63,663 nucleotides of DNA, filler included, from Octopus bimaculoides (GCF_001194135.2; 6 parts of 4 records of this genome joined end to end with filler, not necessarily neighbours in it), one strand, 5' to 3'; positions 13,712-26,840 are shown, counted from the whole stretch's first letter. Notes: a model not told the origin generated them from the letters alone. Made by a program: numbers and translations.

Positions 13712-13966
13712 AAGGAGGCGAGCCGGCAGAAACTTAAGCATGCCGGACGAAATGCTTAGCGGTATTTCGTTTGCCTTTACGTTCTGAGTTCAAATTCCGC
13801 CGAGGTCGTCTGTTCTTGTTTGTTCCCTCTATGTTTAGCCCCTTGTGGGCAATAACGAAATAGGTATTTCGTTTGCCTTTACGTTCTCAGTTCGAATTCC
13901 GCCAAATTCGGCTTTGCCTTTCGGGGGTCGATAAATTAAGTACCAGTTGCGTACTGGGGTCGATCT
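13712..13966 (+). mobile_element. tRNA-derived SINE ((TTA)n-associated family) with an internal duplication
   Basis: Head AAGGAGGCGAGCCGGCAGAAAC...GAGTTCAAATTCC (B box). Same family as 32434, 32668, 39567, 39804 and 57853. An inverted head copy follows at 13978-14026. Confidence 0.8.
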
Positions 13967-14324
13967 NNNNNNNNNNCGCTAAGCATTCCACCCGGTGTGC
14001 TAACGTTTCTGCCAGCTCGCCGCCTTACTGCTAACATTACTAACATTACTGCCACAGAAAACAATCGGTATTTGTAGCACTTTAACTACACGAGGAGCGC
14101 CAGATTTTTTCAACTGTGAACTTGTATTGTGTCACACTGATATCACGCCACTCTCACCTTGAGATTTTACGACGACGCAAGCCTACTTCATCCACTTGTT
14201 AACGAATTACTTGGCTTTTATAGATATACACGTCGGAGGGATGTGTGTGTGTATGTGTGTGTGTGTGTGTGTGTTTGCGCGCGCGCTTTTGTGTATGCAT
14301 ATATATATACTTCATTTTTGTATC

Positions 14325-15364
14325 TATTGGGTTGGTAACTAAGTTCCCACCGTTTTTTTTATTTAAATTTTTTAAAAGGTTTAATAAAAAATAACAACTA
14401 ATTAATCAATAATGTATTCACTCTTGTTGTTTACTTCTTTCCAACGTTCAACAAGATTTCCAATACCTCATTGGTAGAAATCACCCGATTTCGACTCGAA
14501 AAATTTATCCAACCAAGCTCTCAATTCTGCATCAGTATTGAACGAAACTCCGCGCATAGCATTTGAAAGAGATCGAAAGAGGTGGAAATCCGTAGGTGTC
14601 AAATCAGGAGAGTACGGCAGGTGTGGCAGCACTTCCCAACCATGCGTTTGAATGGCTTCCTTGGTCATATTGGCNNNNNNNNNNNNNNNNNNNNNNNNNN
14701 NNNNNNNNNNNNNNNNNNNNNNNNNNNNNNNNNNNNNNNNNNNNNNNNNNNNNNNNNNNNNNNNNNNNNNNNNNNNNNNNNNNNNNNNNNNNNNNNNNNN
14801 NNNNNNNNNNNNNNNNNNNNNNNNNNNNNNNNNNNNNNNNNNNNNNNNNNNNNNNNNNNNNNNNNNNNNNNNNNNNNNNNNNNNNNNNNNNNNNNNNNNN
14901 NNNNNNNNNNNNNNNNNNNNNNNNNNNNNNNNNNNNNNNNNNNNNNNNNNNNNNNNNNNNNNNNNNNNNNNNNNNNNNNNNNNNNNNNNNNNNNNNNNNN
15001 NNNNNNNNNNNNNNNNNNNNNNNNNNNNNNNNNNNNNNNNNNNNNNNNNNNNNNNNNNNNNNNNNNNNNNNNNNNNGAGTCGTTCCATCTGTTGAACATA
15101 GAGTTCCGCGCTGACCGTTTGGTTCCGTTCAAGCAATTCGTAAGGGATAATCCCTTCCCAGTCCCACCATACGCACAACATCGTTTTACGCCGATGAAGA
15201 TCTTGTTTCACGCACGGTGTCGCTTGTTTACCGGGGCTAAGCCATTCCTTACGCTGCTTCATATTGATGTACAGGCACCATTTTTCGTCGCCAGTAACGA
15301 TTCGGTAAAGAAATCGTTGCTTGTTTCCATGAGTTGAGCGGTGACGAGCAAGCAAACCAGAGGA
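14325..15364 (-). mobile_element. Mariner (Mos1-like) transposon, 5'-truncated, interrupted by an assembly gap
   Basis: IVTGDEKWCLY, KTMLCVWWD, YSPDLTPTDFHLFRSL and C-terminus NKSEYIID*. Right TIR TATTGGGTTGGTAACTAAGTTCC at 14325. Confidence 0.9.
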
Positions 15365-15830
15365 GATGGTGGCTCGTTGATTTTTGTTGATTTCTTTTGT
15401 TTCGTATTTTCCAGTGGTGTTCTCTGACTATTATTTTAACTTCATCCTACAGGCGGAGGTGGTATCCATTTTTCCATACATGATCAGCTATACCCATTTT
15501 ATCAATATCTCCTCGTGTCACAGCTTTGATAATGTTCGTCTACCCTTATTTTGAGGGGGCGACATGTTTTGCCTTTGTATAACCTACCACAGCTGCATGG
15601 GACGGAGTACACGCAGTCTTTGGTCTTGTTCTCTTCTATTGGTGGTTTTACTAGAAGGAGATATTTGCGAAGTGTTGTATTACTTTTGAATACTGTCCTG
15701 ATGTCATATGGGCCGCATATCTTTTGTACCTTTTCGGAGAGGCCTTTCACATAGGATAGACAGACTGTGAACAGTTTATTGGTTTCATCCTCTCTCTTCT
15801 TCATAATTGCAGTTGATAGTATGTTTTGGG
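15365..15830 (-). mobile_element. Penelope-like element, GIY-YIG endonuclease region, degenerate
   Basis: LSYVKGLSEKVQKICGPYDIRTVFKS and CVYSVPCSCGRLYKGKTCRPLKIRVDEH, the PLE form of the GIY-YIG motif. Confidence 0.85.
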
Positions 15831-15950
15831 GTAGTTGTTGTTTAATAGATTGCTATTAAGCTTAATCATTTTTTCGTGGTATGTATCAGGATCGCTACTT
15901 ATATTCGAAAAATACCTTAGAATGAGAGCCCAGGTTAGAAATTTCCCCAG

Positions 15951-15996
15951 GACACCTGATGAAGGCTGGAGGGTATATCAGCCGAAACGTTGTATT
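15951..15996 (+). ncRNA. Minimal type I hammerhead ribozyme (PLE terminal-repeat type)
   Basis: CTGATGA (15956-62), then A, stem II GGCTG/CAGCC, GAAA (15984-87), palindromic (A)CGTT in place of stem III, and stem I GACAC/GTATT with one mismatch. Adjacent to a PLE endonuclease relic. Confidence 0.65.
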
Positions 15997-16489
15997 AACA
16001 ACAAACAAGATGACAAATATCCGTCAAATGTAAATAATGTACATAATTCCTCATCTCTTAAATATAGAACTGTATTATATTATTACATATCGACATATGA
16101 ATATTTAAAAATGAATATTAAAAAAAATATTTATAAAATATAAATGTGTGTATATATACACATCAAAATTACACACATCAAAATTACATGTAAATAAAAC
16201 CCATGTGGGATACGTGTGGAAGGAAGTGTGAGAAAAAGAGAACTGATAATATTTTTGTACTAAAATTAAGAGCGGTTAAGAGTTTCAATTAAAAGATCCA
16301 TAGAGTTCGATGTGTGTTTTTTTTTATATATATAAATGGTATATAAAGTATATACAGTTCGAGGAAGTCCACTTTCTACAGCCGTTTCCAGAGTTCATGT
16401 CCTGGTAGGAAAATTAATAAAAAAAATCTTACAAACCATGCGGACAATGTCCCCTTCATTAGGGAAAGTATCCTCCTTTCCTGAGGAAA

Positions 16490-17745
16490 ATTTTTCCTGA
16501 TGAAGGGGACATCAGGAGAATATTATGCCAGACTTAGAAAAATATAACAGTCAGAACTCTTCTCTTACAACAAGACAATATTCTACAATGCGTTTGCAAA
16601 TATCAGTGCTGATTCTGACATTTCTGATTCTTGGCTTGTCTGTGGAAGAAATCCACTCCATAGCCGTTCAAAACCTCATGATGCTGACATCAGCTGGAAA
16701 TTTGCATAGAAATAGTGATATAGATAGGCTCTACCTAAGAAGAGATAAAGTAAGTAATGACTTAAGATCAGTGCCTTCGAATGCTATATAGTCTCTCTCA
16801 GACAGCACTTGCTAAACAACAGTATGAAAAATAAATACATTAACTTAGTGCTGAAAGGTGAAGAGAAAAATAGCCTACGTATCGTCATTGAGCTCCTCAG
16901 GGACTATTCAGATGACCTCCCATGCAACCTCAAAACACCCGGACTAACATACCTCAACGATGATCTGGATGTGAAACGCTCAGTGTACCAGAAAACAAAC
17001 ACCATGCATGGGTATGTTTCTCGTAGGCAGGAAGAACATAGTAATATAAACATGAAGCGCAGCTTCTCTTGGACTTGTGACCGCTACATCACATCACACT
17101 TCAAAAGCTATGTATTTGTATTTCATGAACAGGAGAATTGCCACGAAATACCTAAGATACAAAATAGACAGTAAAGACTTTGGAGCTCCAAGATGCAACC
17201 GAAAATACAGATTATGTCATATTTCGGTAGAAGATATCGCACAGGTGTTTGGCATTTCCCCAAAAGTATCATCAAGATATTATCTCCCTATATGACACGA
17301 CGTTGTCGCAAAAACAATATACTGTGCCATTCGTGTTACTGAATGCATACACAAACATCAACTCAAAGAATACTAAAGGAACATTCTCACCAAAACATCT
17401 GTCAAGCGTAACCGTGACATGCTGGATTGTTATTTGGGACAGACAAGAAAAAGTATGTACCGTCATAGAGGTCAACTGCCTCGAAACCCCAGCTTCTTTA
17501 TCCAGATTTTGTGAGTAAATGCCTGTGAAAATTTAGATACGTAAGAGTTTTCAGAAAAAGAAGTCAACAAACTAACTCTCACGTTACAAATGCAATCTGT
17601 AAGTGGAACAGTAAAAATATGAAAGACTTTTTACAAGTTTAAAATGTGACATTGTTTTTTGTTCTCTACATTCCGAAGATTGAGTTTTGTATCTTTGGTA
17701 GAAACCAGCTCCTTCCTCAGAGAAGGAATTTAAATAATTACGAAC
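16490..17745 (+). mobile_element. R4/Dong-clade non-LTR retrotransposon, 3' part (RT thumb, zinc knuckle, restriction-like endonuclease), degenerate
   Basis: NLHRNSDIDRLYLRRDK, EQEIATKYLRYKID, KYRLCHISVEDIAQ..YYLP.RHDVVAK, IVIWDRQEKVCTVIEV and QSVSGTVKI. Confidence 0.85.
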
Positions 17746-17791
17746 AGAAGAGACCATACATACATACGTGTGTGTATCATACACATGCATA

Positions 17792-17842
<51 letters not shown>

Positions 17843-18496
17843 NNNNNNNNNNNNNNNNNNNNNNNNNNNNNNNNNNNNNNNNNNNNNNNNNNNNNNNNNN
17901 NNNNNNNNNNNNNNNNNNNNNNNNNNNNNNNNNNNNNNNNNTATATATATATATATATATATATATATTTAAATATGTACACACACACATGCCCATACAT
18001 ATGTAAATGTATATGTGCGTATATATATATACACATATACGTACATACATATACACACACATATGTATATATGTATGCGTACATATATAATTACACGCAC
18101 ACACACATATATACAGAGAGAGACAGGCATGTACATGGACAGATAGACAGAACGACGGACGGACAGCCAGACAGATAACTAGATAGATAGATAGATAGAT
18201 AGATAGATGAGTTGCGTAGTTCACTAACAAGTGGTATTAAGTCTCAAGGTCAAAGTGTGATGGCGTGATATCAGTGACAAGTGAGAGAAAGAGAGAGAGA
18301 ACAAAAAGAGAGAGAGGGAAGAGAGAGAGGGAAGAGAGAGAAAGAAAGAAAGTAGGATACAGAGAGATAGATAGGGAGAGTGGGGGAGGGGAGATAACAC
18401 TCAAAGATGAATAAGCCTGGCTCTGCCGTCAGATTCAGGATGAAGGACAGAATATAAGTTCATATAGATTGTAGAGTTTTATCAAATATGTGTATC

Positions 18497-18535
<39 letters not shown>

Positions 18536-18536
18536 T

Positions 18537-18572
<36 letters not shown>

Positions 18573-19109
18573 CTTTGTATGTATGTTTTTATGTATGTAT
18601 TTATGTATGTATTTATGTATGTATGTATGTATGTATTATGTATGTACGTAAGTACGTATGCATGTATGTATGCCGAAACATTAACCTGTAGTGGATACTA
18701 TTTCATTAAAGCGCTGCTCCAGCATGGCTGCAGTCAAATGACTAAAACAAGTGAAAGTATAAAAATATATACATACATATACAGACACACATACATACTA
18801 GTACGGCTACTACTACGGCAACTATGATGACGGCACAACCTATGTTTGAGTGTGTTTGCCTTATTCTTCAAAGACATTCTGTCATTTGAGCCTCAACATA
18901 ACACATTATTCAGTTTATGATGTTCTTTCAGTTCTCCTTCTTTCTTTTCTTTTTCGACATTGTATATGTATGTATGTATGTATGCGAGCCTCACACGGCC
19001 TTTTGATCGTTAAGATGTGGCTAAATAGAGCAGTGAGCTGGCAAAATGATAAGAACTCCTCGGAAATTGCTGGGTCTTTTTTCATCTCAATTAGCATAAA
19101 CCTTAGCTA

Positions 19110-19356
19110 AAGACCCTTCCAGAGTCATATAAATTCAAAGGGGCGGTTTCCCGGTTTCCGTGGTGTATATAATATCTGCCTGGACGGGACGCCGGTCCGT
19201 CAAAAGATTAGTCATTTTTTCCAGCTGAGTGGACTAGAACAACGTGAAATGATGTGTTTTACTCAAGAACTCAACGCATCGCTCAGTCCAGGAATCGAAA
19301 CCACAATCTTATGGTCATGAGTCCAACACCCTAACAATTAAACCACGTACCTCCAC
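19110..19356 (-). mobile_element. tRNA-derived SINE (Meta/MESC-like central domain)
   Basis: Minus-strand head with B box GGTTTCGATTCC and a CCAGTCCACTCAGCTG-type core. Same family as 28505-28735 and 42185-42522. Confidence 0.65.
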
Positions 19357-19669
19357 TAACATAAACCTTAGAGAAGAAAAATTCAAACTTTATGATTATT
19401 TATTGGGTCCGGTAGTGTAGTGCTGCGGGAACGGTTTGCTTTGGCAGGAAGGAGGAACATTTTCCAACTATTTGAAATATACCCAAATATAATTTGTAAT
19501 GACTTTAAAAATTTCTTCTATTTTAGTTTCATACTCTCTAACTTCCTCACCACTATTCTCATTGAAGCTGTAACCAGGTGGATACATATAAGTCTATAAG
19601 GATATGTCGTTTGCATGTGGAATTCTGTTTTCACCACTCTCTTTCAAATCATTCTGCTGTATATCAGTA

Positions 19670-20640
19670 AATACTGTTGACAACGTTCAGCAAGGAAGCC
19701 GATGCAATGACTGAAGCCAGTTTTGTTATATTATGGAATATTGCTCGGGCTAAACGCCCATTATTTGGTGGCGAATTTATTAACAATAAAGCTGATGTTG
19801 CAGTGTTAGATCCAAATAACACAAGACTTCAGCGACAAATAGCACAAACACTAGTTTCAGCCGCTCTACAGAGAGGCATATCTCTCAGATCAGTGCTGAT
19901 GTTGCATGCAAAATTCCCTTTTGACGAATCAACTGCGATACAAGGCGAATCTTTTGACATCCAAGACAACCCACAACTAGCAGATTTTGTTTATTTGGAA
20001 GTAACTGTGAAAGAAGAGATGTTGAATTTGATGGAATTAAAAGAAACAACTTGTGCTACTGTTAGAGCATTAACAAATGCTGGTGTTTCGCTATATAGAC
20101 TTGTCAGTGTTGCAACAGATGGAGCTCCTGCAATGGTGGTGGTGGTGATGAAGGTAGAGGAATGAAGGATTAATTGCACTTATGAACAGTAATCCCAGCT
20201 TTCCAGAGTTTCTCCATGTTCATTGTATTATTCATTGTGGACACCTAGTTGCCAGAATCATTCATGGTTGATGTGGTCAATGATGGTTGTTAATTTCTCA
20301 AACCCTTATTAATAGCATCTGCTGGGGAAATGGAACAAATAGAATTGCAGGAGGACCTAGATCTAAAGATAATCCACAAATCCCAGTCTATAATTGAGTT
20401 CTAGAAACAAGTTTCAGAAATAAAATATACTGAACTGAAGAAAACTAGCGTACTACTCATCTCGATTTTTTTTGCACAACGTACTGCTGTGAATCAATGT
20501 ACTCCGTAATGAAGCTTGTGTAAACCTCACAAGCCATCACCTGACAGAACTAATTCGTACAGCCTTGACAAATAGCCAGATTTTCAACGACTAACATCCA
20601 AGATGGAAACACATAAGACCTCTTTCTAGCAGTAAATAAC
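19670..20640 (+). mobile_element. hAT (Charlie/Buster/SPIN-like) transposase relic
   Basis: TEASFVILWNIARAKRP, DIQDNPQLA, KEEMLNLMELKETT, LVSVATDGAPAM, VHCIIHC, and a C-terminal dimerisation region TYCCESMYSVMK...HLTELIRTAL. Confidence 0.85.
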
Positions 20641-21339
20641 AGCTTTAATAACCTGGTAGGGTCTTATTTAAATAGCTCTATTTTTATTGGTTTGCCTTTT
20701 TGCATGTCTTCTTCCATATTTTGACGAGATATTTAATAAGATAAATAAATAGCATTAAAAGAATATGCATTTTTCTTTACACTTTTATTTTTGACTGTCT
20801 AATTTTATGTATTGAAATGAAAATTCGTTTATTTTTCTGAAATGTTACTGCAGTTCATAACCGTATTAAATGTGTTGAAACTTTTGGTGTATAAATTGAA
20901 ATTTATACAATTTAACAGTTTTAAATATTGCATTAATGTATAAATATTGTTGCATACATGGACAAGGACTATGCAAAATGTATATATATTAAAACATTCT
21001 TTTATTGTACTGGTTTCATTCATTAGACTGCAGACATACTGGGTCATCACCTTGAAGGAATTTTGTCAATTATATCAACCCAAGTACTTACTTTTTAAGC
21101 CTGGTATTATTTTATTAATCTAAGTTGTAGGACATAAATTACAAACGTTAACAGAGTGTAAATTTTGTTCACGTAGTGCGGCTCCCAAGCATCTGAATTT
21201 TATTGGATGTGACTCTTTACGTTAAGTAAGTTTAGCCAGCCCTAATATAGATGGTAGGAGAGGTATTTGAAGATATATTTGGTAACTGAATAAAACAACT
21301 CTAATCTAGTAAAGCAAAATGTATTTGATATAAATTTGT

Positions 21340-22841
21340 GCACATGATCTCAATAAGTTTTCTTATAAGATTATTCTATGAACCCGCGTTGAAATCGTGC
21401 ACTAAATAGTCCTTATTCATTTCAGACATCACCGGGACACTGGCGATTTCAATGAAGCTATAATATGATGAGGATGTAGATTAGTCTCCTTTTCAATAAC
21501 GGTGCAAACATAGTAGTTCATTGAATTTTAAATCTGACAAGTTTGGAGGTCACAAGTTTGGTATTACGTGATCGTAAAGATTATCTGACATCCGTTCCTG
21601 GGATAGAGGGCTAAGTGAGATGGAACTCAGACTTGTTGGAATACGTGTGGCCATTCACCGCGTACTTCATCCATCCAGGGTTTAACAACTGTCTATAGTA
21701 CCCTAAAGGATTAATTTAAAAACCCACCTTGTAGAAAGATGTGAAGTAGCATGACATGATCTTTGTTACTAACCATTCCTAAAACCATCACAGATGATGG
21801 AAACTTCGTGTGCGTCACTCTGGATACATCAGAAGGATCTATTCATAATAATCTGTCATTTCTCCCGTTAGACTTTTGATGTTGGTCGGAGTTCTTCTCG
21901 TCAGAGAACTAAAGCATACTGTAACATTGAATTTAATCCCACGTTTTGCCACATATCTCAAACCACAATTCAATAATAGCTTGATCCAGTAGCAACCGAG
22001 ATTTTATCCAATGAACGGCTGTTGTTCACGTGATAGTTCAGTGGTCCAACTAGAAATTTCTGTAAGCAGGGCCTATAGATACGGTCAATTTAAGCGCCAA
22101 AATTCAGAATGCCTAGGGTTGGATTTGAATTACACTATCCATATAGCTATTCTCACGGCTGTGAATTCAATCAAGAATGATCCAAAAAGACATGTCACGA
22201 CACCTGAATATCCACTTGATATATAAAAACCAGCCCAAGTTTTGAATTTCAAACAGACATTTTTCTTGCGAGTCATATTACGCTGTTTCATCCTACTGCT
22301 TGTGTTGCATGAACACCTTTTCTATTAATGTAACAAATAAACTATGTTGCAATATTAAAAAAAACCCATGTATGTGAAAGCTTTTGCCGTGGTTAGATAA
22401 CCGCTTAGCTCGGGTCAAACAGTTTTTCTGATTTTGCCCACATAAATTGATCTCTCATCAGTACATGCGACTCGTACGATTGTTCTCGTGCACCACAGTT
22501 TTGGTACTCCACTCCAACATTTGAAGTTCTTTGGCGATAGCCCTCATTGATTTTCCGGGTCCATCATCGATAATATTTTGAATCAGTTGGATAAATTGTA
22601 ATGCCCTTATAGTGTCTGAACTTTTAGAATTTTATTTTTCTCTTTGATACAGTTGAAACATTCCCGCTAGAGACTTCCAATTCCATCATAACTTTATCTA
22701 CATTTACAAAGATAGTCATTTCTAAATCACTGTGACAACAATGACGTCATGCCTTTCAGTCTCCTATGTGAGCATTTTATCTGATACGGGAGATCTGAAA
22801 GAAGTAAAAACCTTTTATCCTTAAATACCGCTTGCATCCTG
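21340..22841 (-). mobile_element. Tc1/mariner superfamily maT (DD37D-like) transposon, degenerate and interrupted
   Basis: NVSTVSKRK, GPGKSMRAIAKELQ, FSDEKNSDQHQKSNGRNDR, THTKFPSSVMVLGMVSN, PNL*PPN..DYYV and VMSEMNKDYL. Confidence 0.8.
21920..22370 (+). mobile_element. Approx. 450-bp LTR-like insertion inside the maT transposase
   Basis: Non-transposase sequence splits KRL.. from FSDEKN. It starts TGTAACA and has TATATAAAAA near 22220 and AATAAA near 22336. The right end and TSD are unresolved. Confidence 0.4.
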
Positions 22842-23008
22842 CACACACACACACGCGTGCACACGCGCACAGAGGCACACACACACACATACATGTGTAT
22901 GTATGTAAACATATATGTATGCATAAAAACTTACATGCACATATATATATGCATATATACATGCACACACACACATGTGTGTGTTCATGTGTATACGAGT
23001 ATGTGTGA

Positions 23009-23065
<57 letters not shown>

Positions 23066-23238
23066 CATGTATGTATGTATGTATGTATGTATGTATGTAT
23101 GTATGTATGTATGTATATATATGTGTATATATATATATGTATGTATATATAAGTATATAAATGTATATATATATATATGTATATATATATGTATGTATAT
23201 ATATATGTATACGTATACATATATACATATATATATAT

Positions 23239-23338
23239 NNNNNNNNNNNNNNNNNNNNNNNNNNNNNNNNNNNNNNNNNNNNTTAATTAATTAANNNNNN
23301 NNNNNNNNNNNNNNNNNNNNNNNNNNNNNNNNNNNNNN
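23239..23338. other. Artificial scaffold linker
   Basis: 44 N + TTAATTAATTAA + 44 N. Confidence 0.95.
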
Positions 23339-23641
23339 ATATCCGTAATTGCATAAAATTTTTATTTGTGTTGTTAAATGTTTTAATTCGGTCTGTTTTC
23401 CTCGCATACTGTTTTTCTCTGTTATATTGGTGCGCTACGGTGGATTATTTAAGACTTGGCTCTTATTTCTAGCAGCTAGATGCTCATTAAGCATCATTAC
23501 GATATTTCATAGCTCCTTAAAGCTATCATAACTGTGTTCCACCAATGCTACTACTGGTGATATCATCAAATTTTGAATTTATCCACAAATGATATGAACA
23601 GTAGTGACATCTAACTTCAAATCTCAGTGTTTGAATATTTC

Positions 23642-23676
<35 letters not shown>

Positions 23677-23952
23677 TATATATATATATCTGCATATACT
23701 TACATGTGTACATGCACATATACATATCTAAATACATGCATGTATACATATGCACACACATGTATATATACAAATATATATATATACACACATGTATACA
23801 TAGACTATACACATGTACATATATACAGATGTACACATATTAATCTACATGAGCATACACATACATGCATTCATATATACATACATACAAATGTGCATTA
23901 AAAAAATGCATGCATACACATATATGTATACATATACATATATTGACATATA

Positions 23953-24075
23953 TACAGTAGTGCCTCAGTTTTCGAACAACTCTGATCACGAATAACTTGT
24001 GTTTTATCTCCTGTCTTTCTCATATTCACTTAATACAGTAGTACCTTGGTTTACAAACGCCTGTGATCATGAATA
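23953..24075 (+). mobile_element. Two pogo/Tigger-like terminal fragments in tandem
   Basis: TA-CAGTAGTGCCTCAGTTTTCGAAC and TA-CAGTAGTACCTTGGTTTACAAAC, 81 bp apart. Confidence 0.45.
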
Positions 24076-24117
24076 AATTGTGCTTTTTATATCTATCTAT
24101 CTACCTATCTATCTATC

Positions 24118-24703
<586 letters not shown>

Positions 24704-25696
24704 ATGATATATATACATACATTGATTCATTCACATGTATGTAGATATACATACACATACAAACATGCACACATATGTATACATATCTATACATTTACAA
24801 AACATGCACATGCATACACACACTTGTACACCCATATTTGCACTCACGTACTCACACATGCTCACAGATGTTTATAGACTCTGCCACCGACGGCATTCAC
24901 AAAGGAAACATTCAGAAGTGAAATGGAAGAAAGTAAGGAGTAAAGTGGAATATTTTTCACTGGGGGNNNNNNNNNNNNNNNNNNNNNNNNCAGAAAATAT
25001 AATTTTAGGGGAAAACATCAGAGAATGATTGATAAGATGTTGTAAGGTTGAAATAGAGACAACAAGAAGATAGAGAAGATGATAGCATGTAAAATTGTGA
25101 AGGAGTTTCACTGACAAAAGAGGAATACTAATTATACTTAGCAATGGAATAAATAATATGAGGAAAGTAAAGATATTTATTTTGTAAAGCTCACAATTCT
25201 TTAAAGGAAATGTTATTTAAATACACTATATTTGTTTGAATTTTTGTATATGCATGTGTATGTATGTATGTATGTATGTGTGCATGCATTTGTGTATGTG
25301 TATTGTGTGTGTATACGTATATATGTTTGTTTGTGTGTGTGTATGAGAGAGAAAGCGTGTGTGTATACATGTGTGTGTGTGTGTATGTATGTATGTATAC
25401 ATACAAGAATGTATGGAATCTGAGTGCTCTGTTGATATCTGCCTGGAGTTTTCAATCCAATTTGCTCTTCTTATTATATACAAGAATATATAAAATGTAG
25501 GGACACACACATGCATGCACATACACACATACACACAAATGCCTAATGAAACACCCACAGATACATACAGATATGTGTAAACATGTCTTTTGTTCCATTT
25601 GTCAACAGAAGCTCCATGTCAGATGAAAATAATGTTTAAACAATTTTAGCTTTGAGGCAGACCTTCTTAACATTAAGATAAAGCATATATTGCACA

Positions 25697-26119
25697 CAGC
25701 ACTGGATTAACCATTAAGCAAAATGAGCACGTGCTTAGGGCATCAAGGGAAGGAGGGGACACCACAAAAATGGTAAATGGTTTATGGCACAAAAGAAATC
25801 ACTTTGAACTTGCTAAAATAATATTCGGGATGCCTTTATCTCTACTAAGTATAGATGCAGATGTGTTACCTAAGATTAATTTCAAGGATCTGACTAAAGA
25901 CTGTTTTCCAAAAAAGTAGGCGGAAATTTTTCAAATATAAATAAAGTGGAAGTATACAAAAATAAACATTATTTTCCCTCTTACTGTTTTGTTTTGTTTT
26001 GAAAGATCAAAATTTATTTTATAGATTGTTATTGTTTATATTTTGAATTACATAATCTTTTATGGGGGCACCAAAATCTTTAAGTGCTTAGGGCCTTGAT
26101 GGGTCTTAACCCGGCCCTG
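25697..26119 (+). mobile_element. Non-autonomous hAT derivative with a perfect 8-bp TSD
   Basis: ATTGCACA on both flanks. Imperfect TIRs CAGCACTGGATTAA / TTAACCCGGCCCTG. The interior keeps a hAT C-terminal peptide LSIDADVLPKINFKDL. Confidence 0.85.
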
Positions 26120-26354
26120 ATTGCACATACTGGTGCACGACTGTCACAATTGCCTGAGTTATTTTGTGTGACGTTGGAATTAACTAACTAAACACCGAAA
26201 AGTAATTGTTAACACAGAAGTCAACCGCTGAAACAGAATAACATTTTTGAAATGAAAGAGAAAAATCACCTGCTGATGAGATAATGTATTGATTCAGTTG
26301 GCTTACTTTACCAGTTTGTGAATGGAGAAGACAGGTACAGCAGGCATGTGTACA

Positions 26355-26386
<32 letters not shown>

Positions 26387-26766
26387 GTGGAGGAGAGGGA
26401 ATGTCAAGGTGAAGGAATAAACTGAAACTGTTTATTAGGAAGGTAACAACAACTACAGGCTGACACTGATGATACCTGAGTAAGTCAACAATTATAAAAG
26501 CATCTGTGAAGGATGTAATGGGATATTACTGTAAAATATAACAATGAATCAGTTGAATCATTGACATTTGCTGGGATTAGAAGTCTTGACTGATATAGTT
26601 TCGGTTTGATTGTCTGTCTCTCCATTTCTCTCTCCCCCTCTCCCTTACTTTCTCTTCCTCTGTCTACATTAATGTATATTGTTATGCATGTACAGTTGTA
26701 TTTACATAAGTATGTCTATGTACATGTATATGGACGAATGTGTATGTATGTATAGTCTATATATAC

Positions 26767-26808
<42 letters not shown>

Positions 26809-26840
26809 NNNNNNNNNNTGTATTTTTTTAAATTTATTCA

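Noticed and set aside
16525-16791. ORF that looks like a signal-peptide or neuropeptide precursor (MRLQISVLILTFLILGLS..)
   Set aside because: It is the RT-thumb region of an R4-type LINE (continues HRNSDIDRLYLRR and leads to a zinc knuckle and endonuclease).
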